From Methanobacteriota archaeon (GTDB taxonomy: Archaea; Thermoplasmatota; Thermoplasmata; UBA10834): a DNA stretch of 64,000 nucleotides. The stretch lies in the NCBI GenBank assembly GCA_020725925.1, contig DYTN01000002.1:44621-108620 (forward strand). Direction: 5' to 3'. How positions within the stretch are numbered: position 1 is the stretch's first letter; each line of letters starts with the position of its first letter. The position numbers were made by a program, and so were the translations under genes. Under the pieces are notes generated by a model. It did not search any database and was not told the origin of the DNA. It was given only the letters and a program-made list of their open reading frames with translations. Below are positions 8,411 through 17,437 of this stretch, piece after piece.

Positions 8411-10126
8411 ATGACAGCAGAGACTGCGCAACCAAGGATCGTGCCTCTGGAGGCCCCGACGGAGGAGGCCAAGGAGAAGAAGAAGGGGCCTGGCCTGAAG
8501 TCCGCGTACTACAACTTCCTGCTCAAGCTCAAGCCCAAGCCCCTCATGGTCGCGCTCCCGAAGACGGAAGCGACCGTGGACATGTCCAGGATAACGGAGA
8601 TACCGAAGCTGACCGAGCCGAACATCGACGAGGTGGAGACGGCCCCGGTCAAGCAGAACTACTCCTATGTCAGGATCAAGTACGACAACAAGTCGAACGA
8701 GTACCTCTACGAGGTGATCGAGCCGCGGCTCTCAGAGGACGAGCGGGACGTGCTGAGCCTGCTCAAGGAGACGCTCGTCGCCTCCGTCGAGCACATGACG
8801 GAGGTCTCGACTGAGGAGAAGGAGAAGTACCTGAGGAGAATAGTCGAGCAGCTGATGCTCCAGCTGGCCGTCACCCTCAACCCCGTCTCGAAGGAGAGAG
8901 TGATGTACTACATAGCCAGGGACTTCATCGGGTACGGCGTCATCAACGTGATGATGATGGATCCGAACGTCGAGGACTGCTCCTGCGATGGCGTCGACAT
9001 CCCGTTCTACATATACCACAGGAAGTACGGTTCGATCAGGTCCAACCTCAGGTTCGCGGCCGAGGTGGAGCTTGACGGATTCGTCGTCTGGCTGGCCCAG
9101 AAGTGCGGCAAGCACATATCCGTGGCGAGCCCGCTCCTGGACGCCACCATCCCCGACGGCTCGAGGCTCCAGGCAACCCTGGGCAAGCACGTGACCAAGA
9201 GGGGCTCCTCGTTCACCATCAGGCGGTTCAAGGAGAACCCCTTCACGCCCCTGGACCTGCTCAAGTTCAAGACCATGGGCACCGAGATGATGGCCTACCT
9301 GTGGATCGCCATCGAGCACGGGCAGTCGATGCTCGTGTGCGGAGGCACCGCGAGCGGCAAGACGACCACGCTCAACGCCGTCCTGCTGTTCATCCCGCCC
9401 CAGATGAAGATAGTCTCGATAGAGGACACTAGGGAGCTCAACCTCCCGCATGAGAACTGGGTCCCGGGCCTGACTAGGGAGGGCTTCGGCGGCAAGAGCG
9501 CGATCACCGGCCGCGCCACGGGCGAGATAGACATGTTCGACCTGCTCACATCGGCCATGAGGCAGAGGCCCCAGTACCTGATGGTCGGAGAGGTCAGAGG
9601 CAAGGAGGCGTACGTCGTCTTCCAGGCCATGGCCACGGGCAAGACCTGCTACTCCACCTTCCACGCAGAGGATGTCCAGGCGATGGTGCACAGGATGGAG
9701 AACGACCCCATCAACCTCCCCAGGGCGCTCATCACGGCGCTCAATGTCGTGCTCCTCCAGGCGCAGGTCAAGGTCGGCACGAAGATGACCAGGCGGGTCA
9801 AGTCGCTCACTGAGATCGTCGGGTTCGACCCCGAGACCAACGAGCTCATCACCAACTCTGTCTACACCTGGAACCCGGCGGACGACACCTTCAACTACAG
9901 CGGCCACAGCTATGTCTACGAGAAGGTCAGGATGGCCAGGAACTGGTCCCCCAGGGAGATGGAGAGGGAGCTCAAGAGGCGCGTGGACATCCTGGAGTAC
10001 ATGAAGAAGATAGGCATGGACAGCCACAGGAAGGTCGCGACGATCATCTCGGCGTACTACAAGGACCCCGAGAAGGTCATGAAAGAGGTCCGGGCGAAGC
10101 TGGCCGAGGGCGCGGAGAGGATCTGA
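8411..10126 (+). CDS. Type IV pilus assembly ATPase (FlaI/TadA family), paralog 2.
   Basis: - AGGAGG 8 nt upstream of the ATG.
- Walker A GGTASGKTTTLNA.
- Asp box SIEDTRELNLPHENW.
- MVGEVRGKEAYVVFQAMATG.
- Roughly 50-55% identical to the 4692..6446 product over its full length. Confidence 0.9.
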   Translation: MTAETAQPRIVPLEAPTEEAKEKKKGPGLKSAYYNFLLKLKPKPLMVALPKTEATVDMSRITEIPKLTEPNIDEVETAPVKQNYSYVRIKYDNKSNEYLYEVIEPRLSEDERDVLSLLKETLVASVEHMTEVSTEEKEKYLRRIVEQLMLQLAVTLNPVSKERVMYYIARDFIGYGVINVMMMDPNVEDCSCDGVDIPFYIYHRKYGSIRSNLRFAAEVELDGFVVWLAQKCGKHISVASPLLDATIPDGSRLQATLGKHVTKRGSSFTIRRFKENPFTPLDLLKFKTMGTEMMAYLWIAIEHGQSMLVCGGTASGKTTTLNAVLLFIPPQMKIVSIEDTRELNLPHENWVPGLTREGFGGKSAITGRATGEIDMFDLLTSAMRQRPQYLMVGEVRGKEAYVVFQAMATGKTCYSTFHAEDVQAMVHRMENDPINLPRALITALNVVLLQAQVKVGTKMTRRVKSLTEIVGFDPETNELITNSVYTWNPADDTFNYSGHSYVYEKVRMARNWSPREMERELKRRVDILEYMKKIGMDSHRKVATIISAYYKDPEKVMKEVRAKLAEGAERI

Positions 10127-10236
10127 GCCTGCCGAACGCGGTTGAGCATAGTTTCCCGATAGCGTGAGCTCTCAGAACATTGGGAAATGAAAGACCGGAA
10201 AGGTGTTTCGTAGGGTTTGCCGATGCCCAGGAGCGC

Positions 10237-13200
10237 CTACTGGTTCTCCTCGTCGCCGCCTTCCTCGCCCTCTTTCTTCTCCTCGGCGCCCAACGGCGTC
10301 TTTATGATCTTCTTGGGCACGACCTTGCGGTCGATCGGTCTCCTGATGACCATCCTCGGAGCGGCTGCCGGGGGCACTGCCGGTGGCGCACCAGCCTCCC
10401 TCTCCGCTGGAGCTGCTGGCTCCACTGCAGCCGGTGCCGTGGGCGGTGGGCCCCTGCGCACAGGCGGTGGGGCGGCTCTCTCGGCGCCGAACACGGTGCC
10501 GCACTTGTGGCACACGGTGGCCTCCTTCGGGTTTAGCGTTCCGCAGACCGGGCACGGGATCGGCCCCTCCTTCTTCTTCTCCTCTTCCTTGGCGAGCCAG
10601 TCCTCGAAGCTGATGTACGCCGGCTGTCTCCTCCACCACTCCTCGAAGGCCCTGTCGGTGAACTTCTTGCCCAGCTCCGGCTTGGCGAGCTCACGGTACT
10701 TGGAGACCATGTCGTCGTACTGCTTCCTCATGCGCTCCAAGTAGTCCGCCTCCTCCTCGACCTCGCCGATGAACTTCACGCCACAGTTCGGGCACTCAGC
10801 GGACTCGGCGGGTATCCATGCGCCGCACTCGGAGCACTTCATCGTACCAGCTTCGAACTCCACGCCACACTTCGGGCACCTCTTGCTCGCAGCGGGTATG
10901 AACGCGCCGCACTCGCCGCACTCGACGAGCTTGCCGAGGCCATACACGTACGTGTATATGGTGAAGCCCGCGACGACGCCGACCACCGCCACTATGATCA
11001 CGATCCAGACCCACCACGGGAACAGGCCGCCCTCGACGGCCGCGCTGATGGTGACCGTCGTGGTGGCATCGTAGTTCTGGCCCAGCACGACCGTCCTCAC
11101 GGCATACGAGCCCGAGTCCAGCTCAGCGGGTATCCTCAGGAAGACTATGATGCTCCCGTCGGCGTCGGTCGTCTCGACCGTGCTGTTGGAGTAGGGCACG
11201 ACCAGCGGGTTGTCGGGGTCGCTCGGATCGATCAGCCAGAAGACCACTCCCGGCAGGCCCACCACGCCTTGGGACGTCCCCTGGTAAGTTATCGTGGCCG
11301 TGATGATCATGATGTCGCCGGCGTCGTACTCGTTCGCGTCGGTGGTCACGGTGACCGAGACCTGCAGCTGCTGTATCGTGAAGGTGTGGTTGGCGAAGTT
11401 GTTGGTCTCGTATGGCTCCGACACGGAGTAGGCCGGATCGAGCCAGACCCACAGCTCGTATTCTCCTGGCGTTGTGAGGTTGATCAGCCAGCTCACGGAG
11501 ATCAGAAGCACGTTGTCAGTCGCGTTGGCGGAGATGTTGTACTCCAGGCCGGTGTGTATCGTGTGGTTGTAGCCCGCAGCGTTCCTCACGCCGATCCGCA
11601 CCTCAAAGACGCTGACGACGCTGCCGCCCAGGTTGCGCACCCTGGCATTGACGGTCACGTTCCTCCCGAAGGTCTCGCCCGTGGTGTTGCTCCCGCCGCG
11701 CTGGACGAATATCTCGTCACCGTCGATCGACAGGTCCGCCCTGATGTCCAGCACGGTGATCGACCCTGTGAGGATGTTGTCCGCATAGGACTCCTCGATG
11801 CGGGACTGCTCGGGGTTGACTATCACGACGATGCTGGCAACGACACTCTGGGTGAGCACTGGGGCAGGGAACTCTATCTTGACCGGCCACTTCCCACTCT
11901 CAGATGTCAGGCTCACGATGACGGTCGTTGTCTTGAGCTCCGAGATGCCCGAGTAGTTGAAGTACACCCAGACCTCCGGGTTGGAGAACGGCATTGGGTT
12001 GGAGTTGCTGAGGTTCACTTCGACTGTGATTGTCTGGCCGCCAGCGACCGAGCCGGCAGGGGATATCTTGAGGTCCGTCAGCTTCAGGTCCGGATGCTCG
12101 TACACGTCGATGTAGACGTAGTCCCAGTTGTTCGTGGTGTACAGCTCCTCGACCCCGTCGGGCAGGCTGGCCACTACTGTGATCCAATGCAGCTCGGGCG
12201 TGGAAGGTGTCCACGGCATTGAGACGAACGTATAGGAGCCAGGAGCGATGCTCGGGATCGTCGTCGTCCCGACCAAGTCCCCTCCGTCGAAGATGTCCAC
12301 AGTCACATCGTAGCTGGTGTTGCTGCCGATGTTGCTTATCTTCGCGACCAGGGTCGTGGGAACATCGACTTCGACGTAGGTATCAGTCGCATAGATCCAT
12401 GGGTCCCACGGGTAGCCATCAGACACGTAGACGTCCGGGAGGCTCTTGACAGTGACGAACCCAGACCCAGTAGCTGGTGCTGTGTTGTTGAGCTCAGGGA
12501 TCGTGTCCAGCGGGTCGACGACAACGATGATTCTGTGCGCATTTGGGTCCAACGGGCTGTCAGCAGTCCAATACCACACAGCGGTGGCATTCGAGCCCGG
12601 CTCGATGACGGGTATCACCGTGGATCCGAAAAGCTCGTCCGACTCAGGGATTCCGTTGTCCCAAGCGTCGTCGTAGAAGTCCACCCTGACATCATATGCC
12701 CTCGCGATACCGTCATTGTGAATGTTGGCGTACACGGTGACGTTCTGCCCAATCCTGGGGTACACAGGGTCAGTCCAAACAGGCACCGGAGGATCATGCA
12801 CTGCCAAGTCCGGCAACGCATCCTCGATGGTCACTGTCAGGTAGGTCACGTTTCTCCCGAGGGGAGTCGTGTAGGGCAGGACGCTCGTCGAAACCTCGCC
12901 GTCGGGGTAGTAGTTCTGCGAGTTGAACGTGTAGGTCACGTTCACCCAGTAGTTGCCCACGTAGCCTTCTGTCGGTCCTGCGCTCGTCAATCTCTGCGCG
13001 AGCGCGTTCACCTTGGCGACACCAAGCGCATCAGGTGCGGAGCTGCTCACAGCAGAGCTTGCGTTTATGCCACTGATGTAGTACCTCGCGGTCACCAAGG
13101 CGCCTGGCAAAGGCTTGCCGACACCGTCCAGGACGGTGACATGTATCCATCTGTATATCAGAGCCGCTGCGTCGCGCTCGACTGTTATGGAGGGAGCGCT

Positions 13201-15408
13201 TGTGTTCGTGAACTCGCCGACTGTGGTTCCAGACAGGATGGGAGCGGCCTGAAGGTCAGAGTCCTTGACGATGATGCTTGCATTGGAGTCCCATTCGGAA
13301 GTGATGACCTTGTCAATCGCCGAGTTCACGATCAGGACTTGAGCGTTCTCGCGGGCCACGATGCTCACACCGACCAGCGATGAATTCAGCACCTGGAGCC
13401 TGCCCTCACCCTGGACGATTATGTCGATCGGCAACGCACTAGACATCGTGGATCCTTCGAACACGAGGAGTGCGGGGTTCGACAGAGTCCCGTCGACGTA
13501 GACCGTCCTCTGGTTCGCGGAGGTCTGCACTATCTGGAAGACCGCGTTCGTGAACCTGAGCGTGCCACCTGCGGCGACGATCGTGTCGCCAGCGTGGTAG
13601 TACGTCATATCGTATATGTGCAAGGAGGGCGGGACAACCAGCCACCTGGCTGGGTCAGGGCTCTCAGCGGATGCCCCCAGCAATGACACGGTTACATCAT
13701 CGCTCTGATCCGAAGCTGTCATAGCTGGATAAGCGTCAAGAGAGAAGGTTTCTGTCGACGAGTAGTTGATAACGCCAATCATTGCACTTCCCGTGATAGC
13801 ATAGGAGCCGACGTAGAGCGATTCGGGGATACCGGCATTCGTGATTATGTCAGAGAGATACGGTATCGCGGCTCTACCATCTGACTTTGTGACGTTGAAT
13901 GTTAGGGCAGTCTCTCCCATATAGCCAAGGACCTCAGGAGGCGGGCTCATGGACAGCCCCGTCGGAGTATAATAGAAGGCTTGCTCGCCCTGGAGCTCGG
14001 TGATTCCCGTGAAATGAGCAACAACGGAGGCACCTTCAATTGGAACGCCATACTCATCTCCCACGGTGACATTCAACCATCTGTAGATGAAGGCATCAGC
14101 ACCGACGGTGAACTCGACTCCGATCCAGTCAAACTCCACGAAACCAGTGCCGACACCGCCGTTGTTCTCGAACCGCACATTGAGTTCCATTATGTCTGCG
14201 ACAGTTGGCACAGCTCCCAACGGTAGGTCAAAGGACATCAGAGTCCCAGGTGGGTCAGTCACACGCGGGATAACGCTAGAATCAGAGTAGACCCCTGACT
14301 CCGGACTCCACTGAATGGCAGCAGTCCCAGCATATGTAGGGGCGACAGAGTACTCCCCAATGACGGAGGCGGAACTCACTGAAAGCGCCGGAGCTAGAGT
14401 GCCGATATCCCATGTGTCAACCTCAAGTATCATTGTCGGCTGCACTTGGATTGTAGAACCGTCGTCGAGCCTGATATTTCCGATTGGCTGACCGGTGTTG
14501 TCATCTCCTCCTTGAGCAAGAGGAACTGCCGTTTGTAGACTACCACCAAGAGAAACCACTGCTGGCGCCCGGTCCGCAAGAGCGCCTGCATACGTCTCGA
14601 AAGATGTGCCATACAAATACGCGTGAGACAGATCATCCAACGCGAGGGTGTTGTGCACATACCAGTGCCCAAGCGTTATCGCAGGTCCGAAGTCCACAGC
14701 GAGGAAACTGTTGACTGCCAACAGGGTCGAGTCCCCGTTCAGCGTGATGTTCTTGGCGAACTGGGCATTCGTCGGATACTCGGGAAGGTCCAATATGCTC
14801 GAGTCGTACAGCTCCAACGTCGAGTCCGTGAGCGTTATCGCCGGCCCGTCATCCGCCGAATCGTAGGTTATGGCACCGCTCGACCCGACGACATACTGGG
14901 AGACGAGCTCTCCCGGCAACGCATGAATCGTGCACTCGTCCAGGGACATCGTGCCGCCGTTCACCAGGGTGATGTTCCCGGGGAACATGAACTCCGATAG
15001 GGCAGAAGCCTCTACCACACCGCCGTCCACAGTGAGCTCGAGGAACGGCCACGGGTTGATCTGGTCCAAGTAAGTGGTTATGACGCCGTGGTCCAGAGTG
15101 AGCGTCCCACCTGCGAACACGGTGATGGAGTGCTTCAATGTCGGGTCGTTGTTGCTGATGACGCTCAGGGTGGCGTCCCTGACTATCAGCGTACCCCCGC
15201 TCCTGACCTCCACGTCGCCGTCGATGGGCTGTTCGATGTTCTCGATGACGTAGGTCTCGTTCTCGACGATCAGGTCGCCCTCGGCGGCTTCCGTTGTCGG
15301 GGCGCCCGAGAGGAACAACAGCCCCGCGAACGCAGAGAACACAAGACTCACGACAACCAAAGCACTCAGAGTTCTATTGGCAAGGAGCATGTCAGCTTTG
15401 CCCTTCAT
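10237..15408 (-). CDS. Giant cell-surface protein (~1720 aa): signal peptide, right-handed beta-helix-like region, several CARDB-like Ig-fold domains, C-terminal TM helix, and a cytoplasmic tail carrying three zinc-ribbon motifs, a Pro/Ala-rich stretch and an acidic tail.
   Basis: - ORF 10237..15480; likely start ATG 15408 (MKGKADMLLANRTLSALVVVSLVFSAFAGLLFL).
- Repeated NxT sequons and beta-strand-rich repeats.
- CARDB-like blocks (PDLAVHDPPVP..VTVYANIHNDG..; PDVYVSDGYPW..; ADLSIDGDEIFVQRGG..).
- C-terminal TM helix WWVWIVIIVAVVGVVAGFTIYTYV.
- Cytoplasmic tail: CGECGAFIPAASKRCPKCG, CSECGAWIPAESAECPNCG, CPVCGTLNPKEATVCHKCG. Confidence 0.8.
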   Translation of the reverse strand: MKGKADMLLANRTLSALVVVSLVFSAFAGLLFLSGAPTTEAAEGDLIVENETYVIENIEQPIDGDVEVRSGGTLIVRDATLSVISNNDPTLKHSITVFAGGTLTLDHGVITTYLDQINPWPFLELTVDGGVVEASALSEFMFPGNITLVNGGTMSLDECTIHALPGELVSQYVVGSSGAITYDSADDGPAITLTDSTLELYDSSILDLPEYPTNAQFAKNITLNGDSTLLAVNSFLAVDFGPAITLGHWYVHNTLALDDLSHAYLYGTSFETYAGALADRAPAVVSLGGSLQTAVPLAQGGDDNTGQPIGNIRLDDGSTIQVQPTMILEVDTWDIGTLAPALSVSSASVIGEYSVAPTYAGTAAIQWSPESGVYSDSSVIPRVTDPPGTLMSFDLPLGAVPTVADIMELNVRFENNGGVGTGFVEFDWIGVEFTVGADAFIYRWLNVTVGDEYGVPIEGASVVAHFTGITELQGEQAFYYTPTGLSMSPPPEVLGYMGETALTFNVTKSDGRAAIPYLSDIITNAGIPESLYVGSYAITGSAMIGVINYSSTETFSLDAYPAMTASDQSDDVTVSLLGASAESPDPARWLVVPPSLHIYDMTYYHAGDTIVAAGGTLRFTNAVFQIVQTSANQRTVYVDGTLSNPALLVFEGSTMSSALPIDIIVQGEGRLQVLNSSLVGVSIVARENAQVLIVNSAIDKVITSEWDSNASIIVKDSDLQAAPILSGTTVGEFTNTSAPSITVERDAAALIYRWIHVTVLDGVGKPLPGALVTARYYISGINASSAVSSSAPDALGVAKVNALAQRLTSAGPTEGYVGNYWVNVTYTFNSQNYYPDGEVSTSVLPYTTPLGRNVTYLTVTIEDALPDLAVHDPPVPVWTDPVYPRIGQNVTVYANIHNDGIARAYDVRVDFYDDAWDNGIPESDELFGSTVIPVIEPGSNATAVWYWTADSPLDPNAHRIIVVVDPLDTIPELNNTAPATGSGFVTVKSLPDVYVSDGYPWDPWIYATDTYVEVDVPTTLVAKISNIGSNTSYDVTVDIFDGGDLVGTTTIPSIAPGSYTFVSMPWTPSTPELHWITVVASLPDGVEELYTTNNWDYVYIDVYEHPDLKLTDLKISPAGSVAGGQTITVEVNLSNSNPMPFSNPEVWVYFNYSGISELKTTTVIVSLTSESGKWPVKIEFPAPVLTQSVVASIVVIVNPEQSRIEESYADNILTGSITVLDIRADLSIDGDEIFVQRGGSNTTGETFGRNVTVNARVRNLGGSVVSVFEVRIGVRNAAGYNHTIHTGLEYNISANATDNVLLISVSWLINLTTPGEYELWVWLDPAYSVSEPYETNNFANHTFTIQQLQVSVTVTTDANEYDAGDIMIITATITYQGTSQGVVGLPGVVFWLIDPSDPDNPLVVPYSNSTVETTDADGSIIVFLRIPAELDSGSYAVRTVVLGQNYDATTTVTISAAVEGGLFPWWVWIVIIVAVVGVVAGFTIYTYVYGLGKLVECGECGAFIPAASKRCPKCGVEFEAGTMKCSECGAWIPAESAECPNCGVKFIGEVEEEADYLERMRKQYDDMVSKYRELAKPELGKKFTDRAFEEWWRRQPAYISFEDWLAKEEEKKKEGPIPCPVCGTLNPKEATVCHKCGTVFGAERAAPPPVRRGPPPTAPAAVEPAAPAEREAGAPPAVPPAAAPRMVIRRPIDRKVVPKKIIKTPLGAEEKKEGEEGGDEENQ

Positions 15409-15521
15409 AAGTTCACCAACCCAGAGATGCTGGGTACTGCGGGAGAAGTAAGCAGTTCGGCCATATAAAAAGGTATTCACCAGGTTTTCATGTCGGAGCA
15501 GACTGTTTTTCGGCAGTCTGG

Positions 15522-16517
15522 CTAACCGCTTTTTCGCTTCACTATTTTCTTGACAAATATCTGCGGTTTCCTCGTCTCCGAGGGCTTGTCAGAGACATCT
15601 TCCGAGCCGACCTTCACCTCGAGCTTCGTCAGCGATTCCTTGATGTTCACGCCGCAGGCGTAGCACATCAGGGCGTCCCGGCTGACCATCGTCTTGCAGT
15701 TGAGGCAGGGGATCTCTTCATCCTCGGACCCCTCCTCTGCCTTCACGGGCTCGCCGAACTCCTCCTCGCGTATCTTCTGCCCGCAGGCGTAGCACATGAT
15801 CGCGTCCTTGCTGATCACGGTCCTGCAGCCGGGGCAGAGCATCTCGTCCTCGCTCAGCGTGGCTGCGAGCGCGGGCTCGGGCTCAATCCTGACCGGCGCG
15901 GCTGCCACCTTGGTCAGCATGTCCTTCTGGCGGTCCAGGAGCTTCCTCGCGTCCTCCGAGAGCTTCTCCCTGTCGCGCCTGAGGGACTCCTCCTCCTCCG
16001 CGAGCGCGCGCTCCCTCGCGACGAGCGTGTCCCTCCGGGCAGTGATCTGCTCGAGCACCCGCTGGATCTCCTCCTCGGACTTCTTCAGCAGGTCCTCCCT
16101 GCTCAGGAGCCTCTTCCGCCTTTCGGTCACATCCGCCTGGAGGGTGTTGATCTCCGCAAGCCTGTCCGAGGCGTCCTTCTCCCTCGCCTCCGCAGACGTG
16201 ACCGCCGCCTTCGATACCGCCTCGAGCTTGGCTAGCTCGGCGGCCCTCGAATCAAGCTGGCCCGCCCTCTCCTTAAGGGATGACTCCTGTCTCTTGAGTT
16301 CCTCAACGCGCGCCTCGACCGAGGATTCCTTCTGCCTGATCGAATCCTCCTTCTCCCTGAGGCGCTGCTCGAGCGCCTCGACCTCGGACTTCTGCTTCAG
16401 GACGTCCTCGCGCTCCGCCTTGAGCTCGAGGTCCTTCTTCCTGACCTCGGCCTCCTGGGTCTTGAGGCGCTTGACCGCGTCCTCGATTATCTGGGAGATC
16501 GTCTGGTCTTCTGCCAT
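15522..16517 (-). CDS. Coiled-coil protein with two C-terminal zinc ribbons (DZR-type).
   Basis: - ~230 aa of Glu/Lys/Arg/Leu-rich heptads.
- Then CPGCRTVISKDAIMCYACG and CLNCKTMVSRDALMCYACG.
- Followed 80 nt later, on the same strand, by a KaiC-like gene. Confidence 0.7.
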   Translation of the reverse strand: MAEDQTISQIIEDAVKRLKTQEAEVRKKDLELKAEREDVLKQKSEVEALEQRLREKEDSIRQKESSVEARVEELKRQESSLKERAGQLDSRAAELAKLEAVSKAAVTSAEAREKDASDRLAEINTLQADVTERRKRLLSREDLLKKSEEEIQRVLEQITARRDTLVARERALAEEEESLRRDREKLSEDARKLLDRQKDMLTKVAAAPVRIEPEPALAATLSEDEMLCPGCRTVISKDAIMCYACGQKIREEEFGEPVKAEEGSEDEEIPCLNCKTMVSRDALMCYACGVNIKESLTKLEVKVGSEDVSDKPSETRKPQIFVKKIVKRKSG

Positions 16518-16596
16518 CGCTCACCACTTGGGATGGTTCGGGCGAACGCTTCCTCACGCATATACGTTGTGGACTACTACAAAGTTTTGCCGCGCG

Positions 16597-17313
16597 CTAC
16601 GGCGCGCTCATGAGCGGGCCGAGCACCTGGATGCCGTTCCTCCCGACCTCGATCGCGTGCCTTTCCATCGAGTGCTCCGAAGCCCTCATCTTCTCCACCT
16701 GCAGGAACCTCACGAGCTTCCCACGCTGCCTGTCCAGGCCGAGCATCAGTATGCCGTCCGCGAGGAAGCCCTCGTTGCCCAGGAGCTGGCTCTCGCCCGA
16801 GAGCGAGCGCTCCATTATGATGAAGCATGTCAGGTTGTTGTCCCTGATCATCTTGAAGAAATAGAACATCTTCTTGCGCATGTCGCTCACGTTCTCCATG
16901 AGCGAGTAGAGCGCGCCGAGCGAGTCGAGGACGAATATCGAGAACTTGTCCCCGTGGGTCTTCTTGAAGCGCTGGATCATCTTCTCGATGAAGAGGACGT
17001 AGTCGGTCTGCGCCTCCTGGCCTATGACCTCGTCTATCTGGTCGACCTCCCTGAGGTCGGTCAGGTCCGAGATCTGCATCTTCATCGAGAGCTTCGCGCC
17101 TACGCTGTCCATGTTCTTCAGGTGGCTGTCGACCGTCTCCTCCAGGGTGGTGTACAGCCCGAACTCGTTCTTGTCTTTGAGGTAGCTGCTCATGAGAGAA
17201 TAGCAGAATGTGGTCTTCATCGAGCCCGGGGGTCCAGTGACCAAGACGACCTTCGGCCGGTCGATGTCGTTCTTGAAGACCTTCTCCAAGCCCGGAACAG
17301 AATCCTTGAACAA
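16597..17313 (-). CDS. KaiC/RecA-superfamily single-domain (pseudo)ATPase (COG0467-like).
   Basis: - TTG start 7 nt after AGGAGG.
- VVLVTGPPGSMKTTFCYSL..FVLDSLGALY..CFIIMER matches the KaiC-like fold.
- P-loop has Met in place of the second Gly. Confidence 0.75.
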   Translation of the reverse strand: MFKDSVPGLEKVFKNDIDRPKVVLVTGPPGSMKTTFCYSLMSSYLKDKNEFGLYTTLEETVDSHLKNMDSVGAKLSMKMQISDLTDLREVDQIDEVIGQEAQTDYVLFIEKMIQRFKKTHGDKFSIFVLDSLGALYSLMENVSDMRKKMFYFFKMIRDNNLTCFIIMERSLSGESQLLGNEGFLADGILMLGLDRQRGKLVRFLQVEKMRASEHSMERHAIEVGRNGIQVLGPLMSAP

Positions 17314-17437
17314 AGTCGAAACCTCCTGAGGGGGGAACGATGCTCAGACGCTTGCGCTTTTCAATGGAATCGTGTCTATTAAACCTTTCCGGGCCATTAT
17401 CATAACTGAAACGATTGCCAGGAGCTGTGCCAGGACC

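Noticed and set aside
10172-10744. Small ORFs at the 3' end of the adhesin gene region
   Set aside because: Entirely inside or antisense to the adhesin cytoplasmic-tail coding sequence.
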